From: Spirochaetota bacterium
Lineage (GTDB): Bacteria > Spirochaetota > UBA4802 > JAFGJZ01
Assembly: GCA_016934935.1 (NCBI GenBank)
Contig: JAFGRW010000054.1
Location: 17,900 to 81,899 of the forward strand
Reading direction: 5' to 3'
DNA: 64,000 nt
Below the pieces are notes generated by a model. That model was not told the origin of the DNA and did no database searches. It worked only from the letters and a program-made list of their open reading frames with translations. Positions 33,471 through 42,415 of the stretch are shown here, one piece after another; the first letter of the stretch is position 1; every line of letters starts with the position of its first letter. Position numbers and translations under genes: made by a program.

Positions 33471-34100
33471 ATGGCTAAATACACAGGACCATCCTGTAAA
33501 ATATGCAGAAGAGAGGGGATGCCTCTTTTATTGAAAGGTCAAAGATGCCTTACCGAAAAGTGTGCGTTAAGAAAGAAGAAGTATCCTCCAGGACCGCAAA
33601 AAAAGAGAAGAACCAAGCTTTCTGAATATGGCGTTCAGCTTCGCGAGAAGCAGAAGATTCGTAAAACTTATGGTGTTCTTGAAAAACAGTTTAGACTTGT
33701 TTTCCAGGAAGCTAATCGTATGAAAGGCGTAACTGGTGAGAATATGCTTTCACTGCTTGAACGCCGTCTTGATAATGTAGTTTACCGTATGGGACTTGCT
33801 TCTTCAAGAAGTATGGCTCGTCAACTAATACAGCACGGTCACATTATGGTTAATGGTACTCGTGTTGATATAGCCTCTTTCAGGGTAAAGGAAGGAGCTG
33901 TTATCAGTCTTGAAGAAAAGTTTGCTGACAATGTTTCTGTATCAGAAGCAATAAAACTTTCTAAAGCTATCAGTTCCAAGCCGGAGTGGCTTGAAGTTGA
34001 TTATGATAACAAAAAAGGCAGTGTAACCCGTCTACCAAAACGTGAAGATATTCAGATGAGCTTCAATGAGCAGTTGGTAGTCGAGCTTTATTCTAAGTAA
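33471..34100 (+). CDS. rpsD: 30S ribosomal protein S4
   Basis: It is an S4 family protein with an N-terminal Zn-ribbon-like CxxC...CxxC. Confidence 0.95.
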   Translation: MAKYTGPSCKICRREGMPLLLKGQRCLTEKCALRKKKYPPGPQKKRRTKLSEYGVQLREKQKIRKTYGVLEKQFRLVFQEANRMKGVTGENMLSLLERRLDNVVYRMGLASSRSMARQLIQHGHIMVNGTRVDIASFRVKEGAVISLEEKFADNVSVSEAIKLSKAISSKPEWLEVDYDNKKGSVTRLPKREDIQMSFNEQLVVELYSK

Positions 34101-34133
34101 AAATACAATTGCCATTGTCCCGGAGGTTTATTA

Positions 34134-35093
34134 ATGGCTCCTAAAAATTTGTTAAAGGGTTTTAAAAGGCCGACTAAAATATCTTTCGAACATAGTGAGC
34201 TTGAAAAAAACTATGGAAAGTTTACAGCGGAACCTTTTGAAAAAGGATATGGCATAACAGTTGGTAATTCTCTGCGCCGTGTTCTTTTGTCTTCGATAGA
34301 GGGTGCGGCAATAACGGCTGTTAAAATTGATGGCATTAGCCATGAATTTTCGACTATTGAAGGCGTGTATGAGGATGTTACCCGAATTATTCTTAACCTT
34401 AAAAAGTTACGTTTCAAATATCATGATGATATCAGAAAAGTGCTCCATATTGTTAAAGAGGGTGCCGGGGAATTAACCGGAGAAGATTTTGCAGTTGATT
34501 CGGATATTGAGATTATGAATCCTGAGTTGCATATAGCGTCTCTTGAGAAAAATGCAAAAATAGACATCGAAGTTCAAATTGAAAAGGGACGCGGATATGT
34601 CCCTGCCGAGATGGACAATGTTGATGTTATCGGTGTAATACCTGTTGATGCAATTTTCTCACCTGTTTTAAAAGTAAATTCAACTGTTACCGATACTCGT
34701 GTAGGTCAAAGAACTGACTATGATAAGTTAGAACTGGAAATATGGACAGATGGCTCCATAAGACCCGATGATGCTTTAGCTCAGGCTGCTAAAATAATCA
34801 AGGATCATATGACGATTTTCATTAATTTTGAAGAAGAGCTTGATGACGAAGTTGAAGTAGTAGATGAAAATCTTGAAAAAATGAAGGCTCTTTTGTCTAA
34901 ATCTATAGATGAAATGGAGTTTTCGGTTCGTACATACAATACACTTAGAAGTCTTGAAATTTCCAGTTTGGAACAGTTGGTTCGTAAAACTGAGGATGAA
35001 CTTTATAAATCTAAGCATATAAGTGATCAGGTTTTTGAAGAGATCAAGGTAAAACTTGAAGAGAAAAATTTAAACCTGGGCCTTAAAGACTGA
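34134..35093 (+). CDS. rpoA: DNA-directed RNA polymerase subunit alpha
   Basis: It is 319 aa with an RpoA family sequence. Confidence 0.95.
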   Translation: MAPKNLLKGFKRPTKISFEHSELEKNYGKFTAEPFEKGYGITVGNSLRRVLLSSIEGAAITAVKIDGISHEFSTIEGVYEDVTRIILNLKKLRFKYHDDIRKVLHIVKEGAGELTGEDFAVDSDIEIMNPELHIASLEKNAKIDIEVQIEKGRGYVPAEMDNVDVIGVIPVDAIFSPVLKVNSTVTDTRVGQRTDYDKLELEIWTDGSIRPDDALAQAAKIIKDHMTIFINFEEELDDEVEVVDENLEKMKALLSKSIDEMEFSVRTYNTLRSLEISSLEQLVRKTEDELYKSKHISDQVFEEIKVKLEEKNLNLGLKD

Positions 35094-35107
35094 CGGGGAG
35101 ATTTTAG

Positions 35108-35506
35108 ATGAGAAAAATAAATAATGTTAAGCAATTAGGAAGAACATCAGCGCACCGAAAGGCGATGATATCTAATATGATTACGTCACTTATTCAAAAT
35201 GAAAGGATTGTAACAACGAAGCAAAAAGCTAAGATATTACAGTCTTTTTCTGAAAAGATAATTACAAGAGCCAAAAAGAATCTTACTGCAACGGATGCTT
35301 CTGCTTTACACAATAAACGAGAAGTAATGAAAACCATTAAAGATCGTGATGCTGTCGCAAAATTATTTGATGATATAGCAAAGCGTGTTAAAGATAGAAA
35401 TGGTGGTTATACTCGTATATATCTTTTAGGTAAGAAAAGAGCTGGTGACGCTGCTGAAAAAGCAATAATTGAGTTGGTTGATGTAAAAGCAGAAGAAAAA
35501 AATTAG
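35108..35506 (+). CDS. rplQ: 50S ribosomal protein L17
   Basis: It is an L17 family protein. Confidence 0.93.
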   Translation: MRKINNVKQLGRTSAHRKAMISNMITSLIQNERIVTTKQKAKILQSFSEKIITRAKKNLTATDASALHNKREVMKTIKDRDAVAKLFDDIAKRVKDRNGGYTRIYLLGKKRAGDAAEKAIIELVDVKAEEKN

Positions 35507-35521
35507 AAAACAAAAAAATTT

Positions 35522-35568
35522 AATGATAATAGAAAAGCTCCTTTTTAAGGAGCTTTTCTATTATCATT
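35522..35568. terminator. bidirectional terminator: perfect 22-bp palindrome with 3-nt loop
   Basis: AATGATAATAGAAAAGCTCCTT, then TTT, then AAGGAGCTTTTCTATTATCATT. It lies between convergent rplQ (+) and gene 35564..36568 (-). The 3' arm overlaps the stop codon of the minus-strand gene. Confidence 0.75.
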
Positions 35569-36568
35569 CTGTTGTTGTCGCTTCCTCTTTTTCTTCTGTA
35601 TCTTTCCTGTCCGGTGTATCAGGGCGTTTTTGATTGTTGGGGTTTGTTAATTCTGCTGATTTCGGATTCAATTCATCATAATTTCCTATTCGCTGCTTTT
35701 CAACACTGAAAAGCAGTTTGCGATTATCTGTAGCATCAACTTTATATGGTTCAGGTATTCTATCATCATAAATCGGAAACTGAGTTACCTTATGAGAAGA
35801 AACGTCATATTTATAAAGAATTTCGGACATTTTATGCGTATAAAGAGTCTGATATATTGCTATGCCGCATTCTTTTCCTTGTCGGGCTAGTTTTATGGCA
35901 TCTCTGTGTTTCTGCAATATAAAAGAGAGCTCTTTGTTTGTTTTTTTGTCCTTACTCATTATATAAATATAGTCTACATCGTCAAAAACCCTCTGCGCAT
36001 CTTCAAGGTTTCTGTACCCACTATCCAGATATTCTTCGATTGTGGCACGGATTCTAAAGTAGTGAAATTTATCTGCGTCATATGGCTTGTTGTCTTTTAA
36101 CGGGTCAATAGGACGTGAAAAAAAGTATTTCGATCTTCCCCCACCTCTTCCATATTCGACAATTATATCTACTGTTTCTTTTGCTATACTATCGAGTATT
36201 TCTTGGGTTCGGAAAATATAGAACTGAGATAGTTCACTATAAAGATCAATTAGTTGGAGTTTTAGATCATAAAAAAGATCAATGGAGGTCTCTTTCTCGG
36301 ATGATTTCTCCTTTTTATAGGTCAGGGAGCTAATATTTATAAAATGCCTTCCGTAATGTCTTTGAGCGGCAATTTGAAAATTGTCTCTTATTTTTTTCAA
36401 ATTTTCTTTTTCAGTGTCTGTTCCAAAATTTGAAATTATTATGTTTAATTCCCGTAATATTTCGAGAGATTTTCTGTATTCCTGATTAGAAATAACAGCG
36501 TTGGATACAGGATAAATTGAATGAGGAATTATTAATGTTATCAATAATATAATTTTTTTAAATCTCAT
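35564..36568 (-). CDS. hypothetical secreted protein with acidic low-complexity C-terminus
   Basis: It has an N-terminal signal peptide (MRFKKIILLITLIIPHSIYPVSNA). I found no recognisable catalytic motifs. The C-terminus reads RPDTPDRKDTEEKEEATTTE. Confidence 0.55.
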   Translation of the reverse strand: MRFKKIILLITLIIPHSIYPVSNAVISNQEYRKSLEILRELNIIISNFGTDTEKENLKKIRDNFQIAAQRHYGRHFINISSLTYKKEKSSEKETSIDLFYDLKLQLIDLYSELSQFYIFRTQEILDSIAKETVDIIVEYGRGGGRSKYFFSRPIDPLKDNKPYDADKFHYFRIRATIEEYLDSGYRNLEDAQRVFDDVDYIYIMSKDKKTNKELSFILQKHRDAIKLARQGKECGIAIYQTLYTHKMSEILYKYDVSSHKVTQFPIYDDRIPEPYKVDATDNRKLLFSVEKQRIGNYDELNPKSAELTNPNNQKRPDTPDRKDTEEKEEATTTE

Positions 36569-36859
36569 AGTACATACCCAGGATTATATAGATTTCATAA
36601 AAAGCATCATGTGAAAATATTTCAATAAAAATAACTGTTATACTATTATCGACCTAAATATTTCAATAATTAAGTAAATAATCAACAGTATAATTATGAT
36701 GAAAAGGGTTGAAATATTCGTGTTGATTTTGATTATGAACATATTTTGTTGCAATTGTCATTGATCAGCAAATAATTCAAAAAGACTTTATTTATTCAAA
36801 ATAAAAATTGCTTGAATTAATAATTATAAGTTAAAAAATGAAATGCGCAGAGAGGTTTT

Positions 36860-37744
36860 ATGGAAAAAACTAAACGAATTTCATTCCGTCAAAAAAACAG
36901 CTTGAAGTGTCCCATTTGCAAAAATGAATTTTTTCGTGAAGACCTTTTGTCTGGCGGTGGACGTTTAATAGCTGGAAACCTCACTGATGAATTAAGACGA
37001 AAATATGAAAAAAATGCTAAATATGGAATAATATATCCTATGGCGTATGTTCTAAATGTATGCCCAAGATGCTTATATACAGCTTTTCAAAGAGATTTTG
37101 AAAAACTTGATCCGGATGAAATAACTCGAATAAGGAATAGTGCTCAGTCTAGAGTAAATACTATTAAAAAGTTTTTTGGATCAATAAGTTTTGAAGCTGA
37201 CCGAAATCTTGAACTGGGTGCTGCATCTTATCTTTTGGCAGTTGATGTTTATGGCTTACGAAATAAAAATTGCGCCCCTACGTTTAAAAGCGCTGTTTGT
37301 TCTATTCGTGCGGCATGGCTTTTTGGTGATCTTGCGTTAAAATATCCGGATCGGAATTATAAGAAAATTTCAGTATTTTTTTATGGAAAAGCGTATAAGT
37401 TTTATGATAGGGCATTAGAGTTCGCTCAAAACGGCAAGGAGCCTGCATCTGCAATGCCTCATTTGGGACCAGATACCGATAAAAACTGGGGTTATGATGG
37501 GATGCTTTATATGTATGCCATGTTAACTGTAAAGATCGGTTCAAAAAACCCGGATTTAATTAAACGAATTGAAAATTTTGAGCATACGAAGCGTTACTTA
37601 TCAAGAATCTTTGGTATGGGAAAATCTTCAAAGAATAAGCCGAGCCTTATTCTGGATATGACACGTGATCTTTATGACAAAATGAATGAAATGTTGGAAA
37701 AATGGTATCAGGAAAGAGATCAGAAAGAAATATCCGGCGAATAG
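36860..37744 (+). CDS. hypothetical protein with N-terminal CxxC...CxxC zinc ribbon (DUF2225-like)
   Basis: It has CPICKNEF...CPRC followed by a helical repeat region. The family assignment is from memory. Confidence 0.5.
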   Translation: MEKTKRISFRQKNSLKCPICKNEFFREDLLSGGGRLIAGNLTDELRRKYEKNAKYGIIYPMAYVLNVCPRCLYTAFQRDFEKLDPDEITRIRNSAQSRVNTIKKFFGSISFEADRNLELGAASYLLAVDVYGLRNKNCAPTFKSAVCSIRAAWLFGDLALKYPDRNYKKISVFFYGKAYKFYDRALEFAQNGKEPASAMPHLGPDTDKNWGYDGMLYMYAMLTVKIGSKNPDLIKRIENFEHTKRYLSRIFGMGKSSKNKPSLILDMTRDLYDKMNEMLEKWYQERDQKEISGE

Positions 37745-38499
37745 CTTTATTAATTGAATATGATGGTTCAAAATTCTGTGGAATGCAGTATCAGCAAAAT
37801 TCTTCATCGGTTCAGGGTGAACTTGAAAGAGCGCTGAAAATTTTGTATGGTTATGAAATTCGTATCAGTTCTTCTGGAAGAACTGATACTGGCGTACATG
37901 CATTAGGACAAGTCGTTCATTATGACGATCTCTCAGAATTTAGTTTAAGAAGAATTCTTACTGCGTTAAATGGAATCACAAGCAGAGCTATTTCTGTTAA
38001 GAATGCTTATTTGGTATCTGGAGATTTTCATTCTCGATTCCATGCTTTTTCAAGGGAATATCTTTACAAAATATACAATAATCCTGTACCATCTCCTTTT
38101 ATGTGTAATCGTGCTATGTGGATGCCTCAATCCTGTGAACTGGATTTTATCAGGGAAATTTGTCATAATCTAATTGGGGAACATGATTTTAAAAGCTTTT
38201 GTAAAACTTTATCTGCGGACAAACCGACAGTGCGAACAATAAGTGAAATTACTGTAACAAAGCATGATGATTTAATTCACTTAAACATCAAGGGTAAATC
38301 TTTTCTTCATAACATGATTCGGATTATTGTAGGTACGATAGATTATTTTAACAAAAATTCAATAAAACCATCAAAGATAATTGATATCCTTGATGCTAAG
38401 GATAGAAAGGCTGCTGGGCCGACTGCTCCAGCATCTGGTTTATATCTTGTTAAAACAGTTTATAATCCTTCATTGGATAGTTATCCATCGGTTTTTTGA
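37702..38499 (+). CDS. truA: tRNA pseudouridine(38-40) synthase TruA
   Basis: It has IALLIEYDGSKFCGMQYQ and GRTDTGVHALGQVV, with a catalytic Asp in RTDxGVHA. ATG 37702 overlaps the upstream gene by 43 nt. No conventional start codon lies between 37702 and the conserved IALLIEYDG block. Confidence 0.85.
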   Translation: MVSGKRSERNIRRIALLIEYDGSKFCGMQYQQNSSSVQGELERALKILYGYEIRISSSGRTDTGVHALGQVVHYDDLSEFSLRRILTALNGITSRAISVKNAYLVSGDFHSRFHAFSREYLYKIYNNPVPSPFMCNRAMWMPQSCELDFIREICHNLIGEHDFKSFCKTLSADKPTVRTISEITVTKHDDLIHLNIKGKSFLHNMIRIIVGTIDYFNKNSIKPSKIIDILDAKDRKAAGPTAPASGLYLVKTVYNPSLDSYPSVF

Positions 38500-38579
38500 T
38501 AAATGTGCATGTTTCCCATACATAATAAAATGGTTGAATAATATTTGTTAGTAAACTAAGTGTCAAGAGAGTGTAATTA

Positions 38580-39131
38580 ATGAAACGAATAGCAATAATA
38601 ATATTACTGATTTTAACTGCTCAAGATCTGTTTGCGCAACGGATTAGAGGAGATTATTTTAATAGACCTCAGGTTGGTCTCTGGTTTGGCCCGGCAGCAC
38701 CACTTTTTGAAGTGTCTGAAGAGGTTGACAGTGCTCTTGCCGGCGGTGCATATGCAAAAGTATCGACCTTTTATAATCCGGTAAAAATCGGCCTGGATTT
38801 GTCTTATCAGCATCATTTATCGGCATCACTAACTTCCATCAAAATGGTTCCAATCTATAGTACACTTCAATATCGACTGCCTTTTAACACTCCAATTAAT
38901 TTTGTAGTAAAAGGTGGGGGCGGTGCTACCAGAATTTGGTTTGAGCCAGATATGGTATCACAGTGGGATTTGACTTTTGTAGGCGGTTTTGAGGTATCAT
39001 TTCCTCTTGGACGATGGATTAATGTCGGTATGCGTACAGATTATTTGATGCTTTATGAAAAACATTTAGAAGGTTCTGATCTTAACGGGCATTTTTTTAA
39101 CGTTGGGCTATCCCTGTTTTTTAATTTATAG
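38580..39131 (+). CDS. outer-membrane beta-barrel protein (small porin-like OMP)
   Basis: It has a signal peptide (MKRIAIIILLILTAQDLFAQ). Alternating amphipathic beta-strand patterning runs to an aromatic-rich C-terminus (GLSLFFNL). Confidence 0.6.
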   Translation: MKRIAIIILLILTAQDLFAQRIRGDYFNRPQVGLWFGPAAPLFEVSEEVDSALAGGAYAKVSTFYNPVKIGLDLSYQHHLSASLTSIKMVPIYSTLQYRLPFNTPINFVVKGGGGATRIWFEPDMVSQWDLTFVGGFEVSFPLGRWINVGMRTDYLMLYEKHLEGSDLNGHFFNVGLSLFFNL

Positions 39132-39318
39132 AGCACTTCGAATAATTAGAATGTTTTAAAGAATAAGATAGTTTAAGTAATAATAATGTAAATTTTTCTC
39201 GCTTAAATGCGATGAACATCTGAAGTACAGTACTCTATGGAAAATGCAGCAATATAATTTTAATAAAATGATTATATGGCATTTGTATTTTAATTATGAG
39301 TTATTTAGAGAGTAAAAA

Positions 39319-40404
39319 ATGAGAAAAGTAATTCTGTTGTTGTTTATATTTTGTTTGTCTTGTGATGGAGATCCGATTTTTTCAAATCTTGATAAATCGG
39401 ATATTATAATTGTTTTTAAAGCAACATATTCGTCAAATAATCCTCGAAATTGGTGGGGAGGTGCAGAGCCGGCCGTTTCTGCATTGGTTGATGATTCTGC
39501 AACCCATTCGACCCCGAAAGCGTTACCGGATAAGGTTCTTATTGATGTTGCGGAAGTCCGAGTCAATAATGATCGATTCTCAATAAAACGTTTTTTTAGA
39601 AATGCTGAGATGAACGATTCTCATGAACTTTTTTCCGGAAAGGGTGTTACGGTACCTACAAGTGATCTGTTTCCAGATGTAAATTATAAAAAGGTTAAAG
39701 TTTTTTTCAGAAAATTGATATATAATAATTCTTTGTACTATGATGATTCATGGGAATATATCGGAGAAACTGAAGAGAAATTTGCCAATGATAAAATACC
39801 CGGATATGATACCATCCACAGGTTAAAATATATTCAAAGTGATTATGATGAAGAAGAAGATGATGCTGAAAATATAGTTTACCCATTTGTTATTGAGTTA
39901 CCGCTTCCATTTCGTTACAAGGTTGGGACAAAAACAGTTATCGAAATCAGAGTGAATTTTAAAAATAATGTCAAATATTATGAATATGCTGATTCTGATG
40001 AAGAATATTATTATGGTTATTACTCAATTGCTGATTCTTTCGTCAATGTGAAAGAGGGTGACTTTTTTATTGGTGGAAATATGCAAGGTGGGGTTTATAT
40101 CTATGAGCCGGATAAAACCTTTACTATCAAAGGAACGGCCCCGGCAGAACGCTATGTAGTTGCTATTTTGAAAGATGATGACATTAAGAATTATTCAGGA
40201 ACTACTGCAATACCACCTTTGGCAACCTGGTGTGAAGATGGAACTTTTGTTTTAGAGAATGTACAAGCTGGCAGAGAATATAAATTTTATTATTCAACAA
40301 ACACGCCTAATTCAAATGCTGGTGTGGTTGAGGGGTTTTCTGGGGAAAAGATTGTCAATTTTGATATGGATCAAGTTGATAATGAATATAATCTTCAGTT
40401 GTAA
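39319..40404 (+). CDS. hypothetical lipoprotein with acidic/Tyr-rich stretches
   Basis: It has a lipobox signal (LFIFCLSCDG). No motifs were recognised. Acidic runs include DYDEEEDDAEN and DSDEEYYYGYY. Confidence 0.55.
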   Translation: MRKVILLLFIFCLSCDGDPIFSNLDKSDIIIVFKATYSSNNPRNWWGGAEPAVSALVDDSATHSTPKALPDKVLIDVAEVRVNNDRFSIKRFFRNAEMNDSHELFSGKGVTVPTSDLFPDVNYKKVKVFFRKLIYNNSLYYDDSWEYIGETEEKFANDKIPGYDTIHRLKYIQSDYDEEEDDAENIVYPFVIELPLPFRYKVGTKTVIEIRVNFKNNVKYYEYADSDEEYYYGYYSIADSFVNVKEGDFFIGGNMQGGVYIYEPDKTFTIKGTAPAERYVVAILKDDDIKNYSGTTAIPPLATWCEDGTFVLENVQAGREYKFYYSTNTPNSNAGVVEGFSGEKIVNFDMDQVDNEYNLQL

Positions 40405-40462
40405 TTTTAGTTATTTAATTGATCTAACATGAAATTATTTCTATAGATAAGTGGTGTTAATT

Positions 40463-41569
40463 ATGTTACGTGTGGGTATCGTTTTTGGTGGTCGTTCCGG
40501 AGAACATGATGTGTCTAGATGCAGTGCGGCATCAGTATTGCAAAATCTGGATGCTTCGAAATATCAAGCTGTGGCTATTGGAATTGATCATGATGGGAAA
40601 TGGTATCCCGATGATTCACCGGTGGTTACAAGTGATGACGTATTTGGCTCTGTATTAAATATTAAGAAAACTGGTAACTGGTTTTTTAATGTTTATCCAG
40701 ATAATGGAAGGTTGAATTTCTTTGAAAAAGAATCGGGTAAAAATATTTCTGTAGATATGATTTTTCCTGTTATTCATGGAACATATTGTGAAGACGGTAA
40801 ATTTCAGGGTATACTCGAAAGTGCAGGTGTGCCTTATGTAGGTGCAAATGTAATTGGATCGGCCATTGGAATGGATAAAGATGTTGCAAAGAGGCTTCTC
40901 GATCATGCCGGTATACCGGTTGTTCCCTGGTTCACAGTACATAAGTCTTCCTGGGATAAAACTTCTGAGTTTACAACTCAGAAGATAAAAATGAGCTTTG
41001 GATTCCCCTGTTTTGTAAAGCCTGCTAACGCAGGATCTTCTGTTGGAATATATAAAGTAAAAAATAGTGTTGAACTGTCAGAAAAAGTACTTAAAGCTTT
41101 TGAATTTGATACCAAAGTACTTATTGAAAAAGCCATAGATTGTCGAGAGATTGAATTTGCGGTTCTTGGTAATGACGATCCACGGTGTTCGGTTGCTGGT
41201 GAAATTGTTCCGAACCATGAATATTATTCTTATGAAGCTAAGTATGTTGACAAGAATGGAGCAATGCTTAATATTCCAGCTGACCTGGAATCCGAATACA
41301 GTGATAATATGCGTCAATGCGCGTTGGAAGCTTATCAACTTTTATGTCTCAAAGGCATGTGTCGAATTGACTTTTTTATTGATAAGCAAACTGACAAATT
41401 TTATTTAAATGAAGTAAATACATTACCGGGTTTTACTTCTGTTAGTATGTATCCAAAATTATGGGATTATGATGGTGTTGCGTATAGCCAACTTCTAGAT
41501 TATCTTATCGATTTAGCGTTGCAGATATATGCTGAAAAGCAAACAATAAGATTTGAATATGATGATTAA
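40463..41569 (+). CDS. ddl: D-alanine--D-alanine ligase
   Basis: It reads MLRVGIVFGGRSGEHDVS with an ATP-grasp core. ATG 40463 is preferred over the listed GTG 40451. Confidence 0.9.
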   Translation: MLRVGIVFGGRSGEHDVSRCSAASVLQNLDASKYQAVAIGIDHDGKWYPDDSPVVTSDDVFGSVLNIKKTGNWFFNVYPDNGRLNFFEKESGKNISVDMIFPVIHGTYCEDGKFQGILESAGVPYVGANVIGSAIGMDKDVAKRLLDHAGIPVVPWFTVHKSSWDKTSEFTTQKIKMSFGFPCFVKPANAGSSVGIYKVKNSVELSEKVLKAFEFDTKVLIEKAIDCREIEFAVLGNDDPRCSVAGEIVPNHEYYSYEAKYVDKNGAMLNIPADLESEYSDNMRQCALEAYQLLCLKGMCRIDFFIDKQTDKFYLNEVNTLPGFTSVSMYPKLWDYDGVAYSQLLDYLIDLALQIYAEKQTIRFEYDD

Positions 41570-41626
41570 TTTGGCTCTACTACATTTCATTCTATTACTA
41601 TAAGGGCTATAATAATTGGAGGTTTT

Positions 41627-42274
41627 ATGAATGTTATACTTCTAGGCGCGCCAGGTGCGGGTAAAGGAACAATTTCCAAACATCTGGTAGATAAGTATTC
41701 CATGGTTCAAATTTCGACAGGAGATATACTTCGAAATGAAGTAAAGAATCAGACTGAACTAGGCATTAAGGCAAAATCATTTATGGATTCAGGCGATCTT
41801 GTTCCTGATGAAGTCATTCTTGGCATTATTGAAAACAGGATAAAAGAGAGTGACTGTAAACGTGGCTTCATCATGGATGGTTTTCCCCGCACCATAGCAC
41901 AGGCTGAAGGTTTTTCTGATATGGTTGGCCGGAATAATTTAGTAATTGATGCAATACTGGAATTGGAAGCAGACGATGATTTATTAATTAAAAGGTTAAC
42001 CAGTAGAAGAACGTGCTCAAATACGAATTGTCAGGCTATCTATAATGTTTTATATCAGCCACCTGCAAAAGAAGGCATTTGTGATAAATGTGGATCTGAA
42101 CTTATACAGAGAAGCGATGAAACTGAAGAGGCGATAACATACAGATTAAAAACTTATTATGAAAAAACACAGCCTTTAATCGATTATTATAATGGGGGAT
42201 CTAACTATCACAAAATAAAAGCCGATCTTCCACTTGATGAAATTAAGGCATCAGTAGATTCAATTATAAAATAA
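41627..42274 (+). CDS. adk: adenylate kinase (zinc-lid type)
   Basis: It has a GAPGAGKGT P-loop and a lid with CSNTNC...CDKCG. Confidence 0.93.
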   Translation: MNVILLGAPGAGKGTISKHLVDKYSMVQISTGDILRNEVKNQTELGIKAKSFMDSGDLVPDEVILGIIENRIKESDCKRGFIMDGFPRTIAQAEGFSDMVGRNNLVIDAILELEADDDLLIKRLTSRRTCSNTNCQAIYNVLYQPPAKEGICDKCGSELIQRSDETEEAITYRLKTYYEKTQPLIDYYNGGSNYHKIKADLPLDEIKASVDSIIK

Positions 42275-42360
42275 ATGATTGATGTAACTAATCGATATTA
42301 TTTTAATTGAGTCTGTTATAAATTTTTGAATCAAATTTAAAATTAAACCAATTAATTGAT

Positions 42361-42415
42361 AAAGCCGAAAAGCCCAGCCTGTAATAAATTATTACAGGCT
42401 GGGCTTTTCGGCTTT
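42361..42415. repeat. perfect 25-bp inverted repeat (bidirectional terminator) overlapping the permease stop
   Basis: AAAGCCGAAAAGCCCAGCCTGTAAT (42361-42385) is followed by AAATT, then the exact reverse complement (42391-42415). The right arm encodes the last 7 codons (KAEKPSL) and stop of the minus-strand permease. Confidence 0.8.

Noticed and set aside
36569-36859. AT-rich 290-bp gap examined for small RNAs or repeats
   Set aside because: It contains only homopolymeric A/T runs and is consistent with divergent promoters of the two flanking genes.
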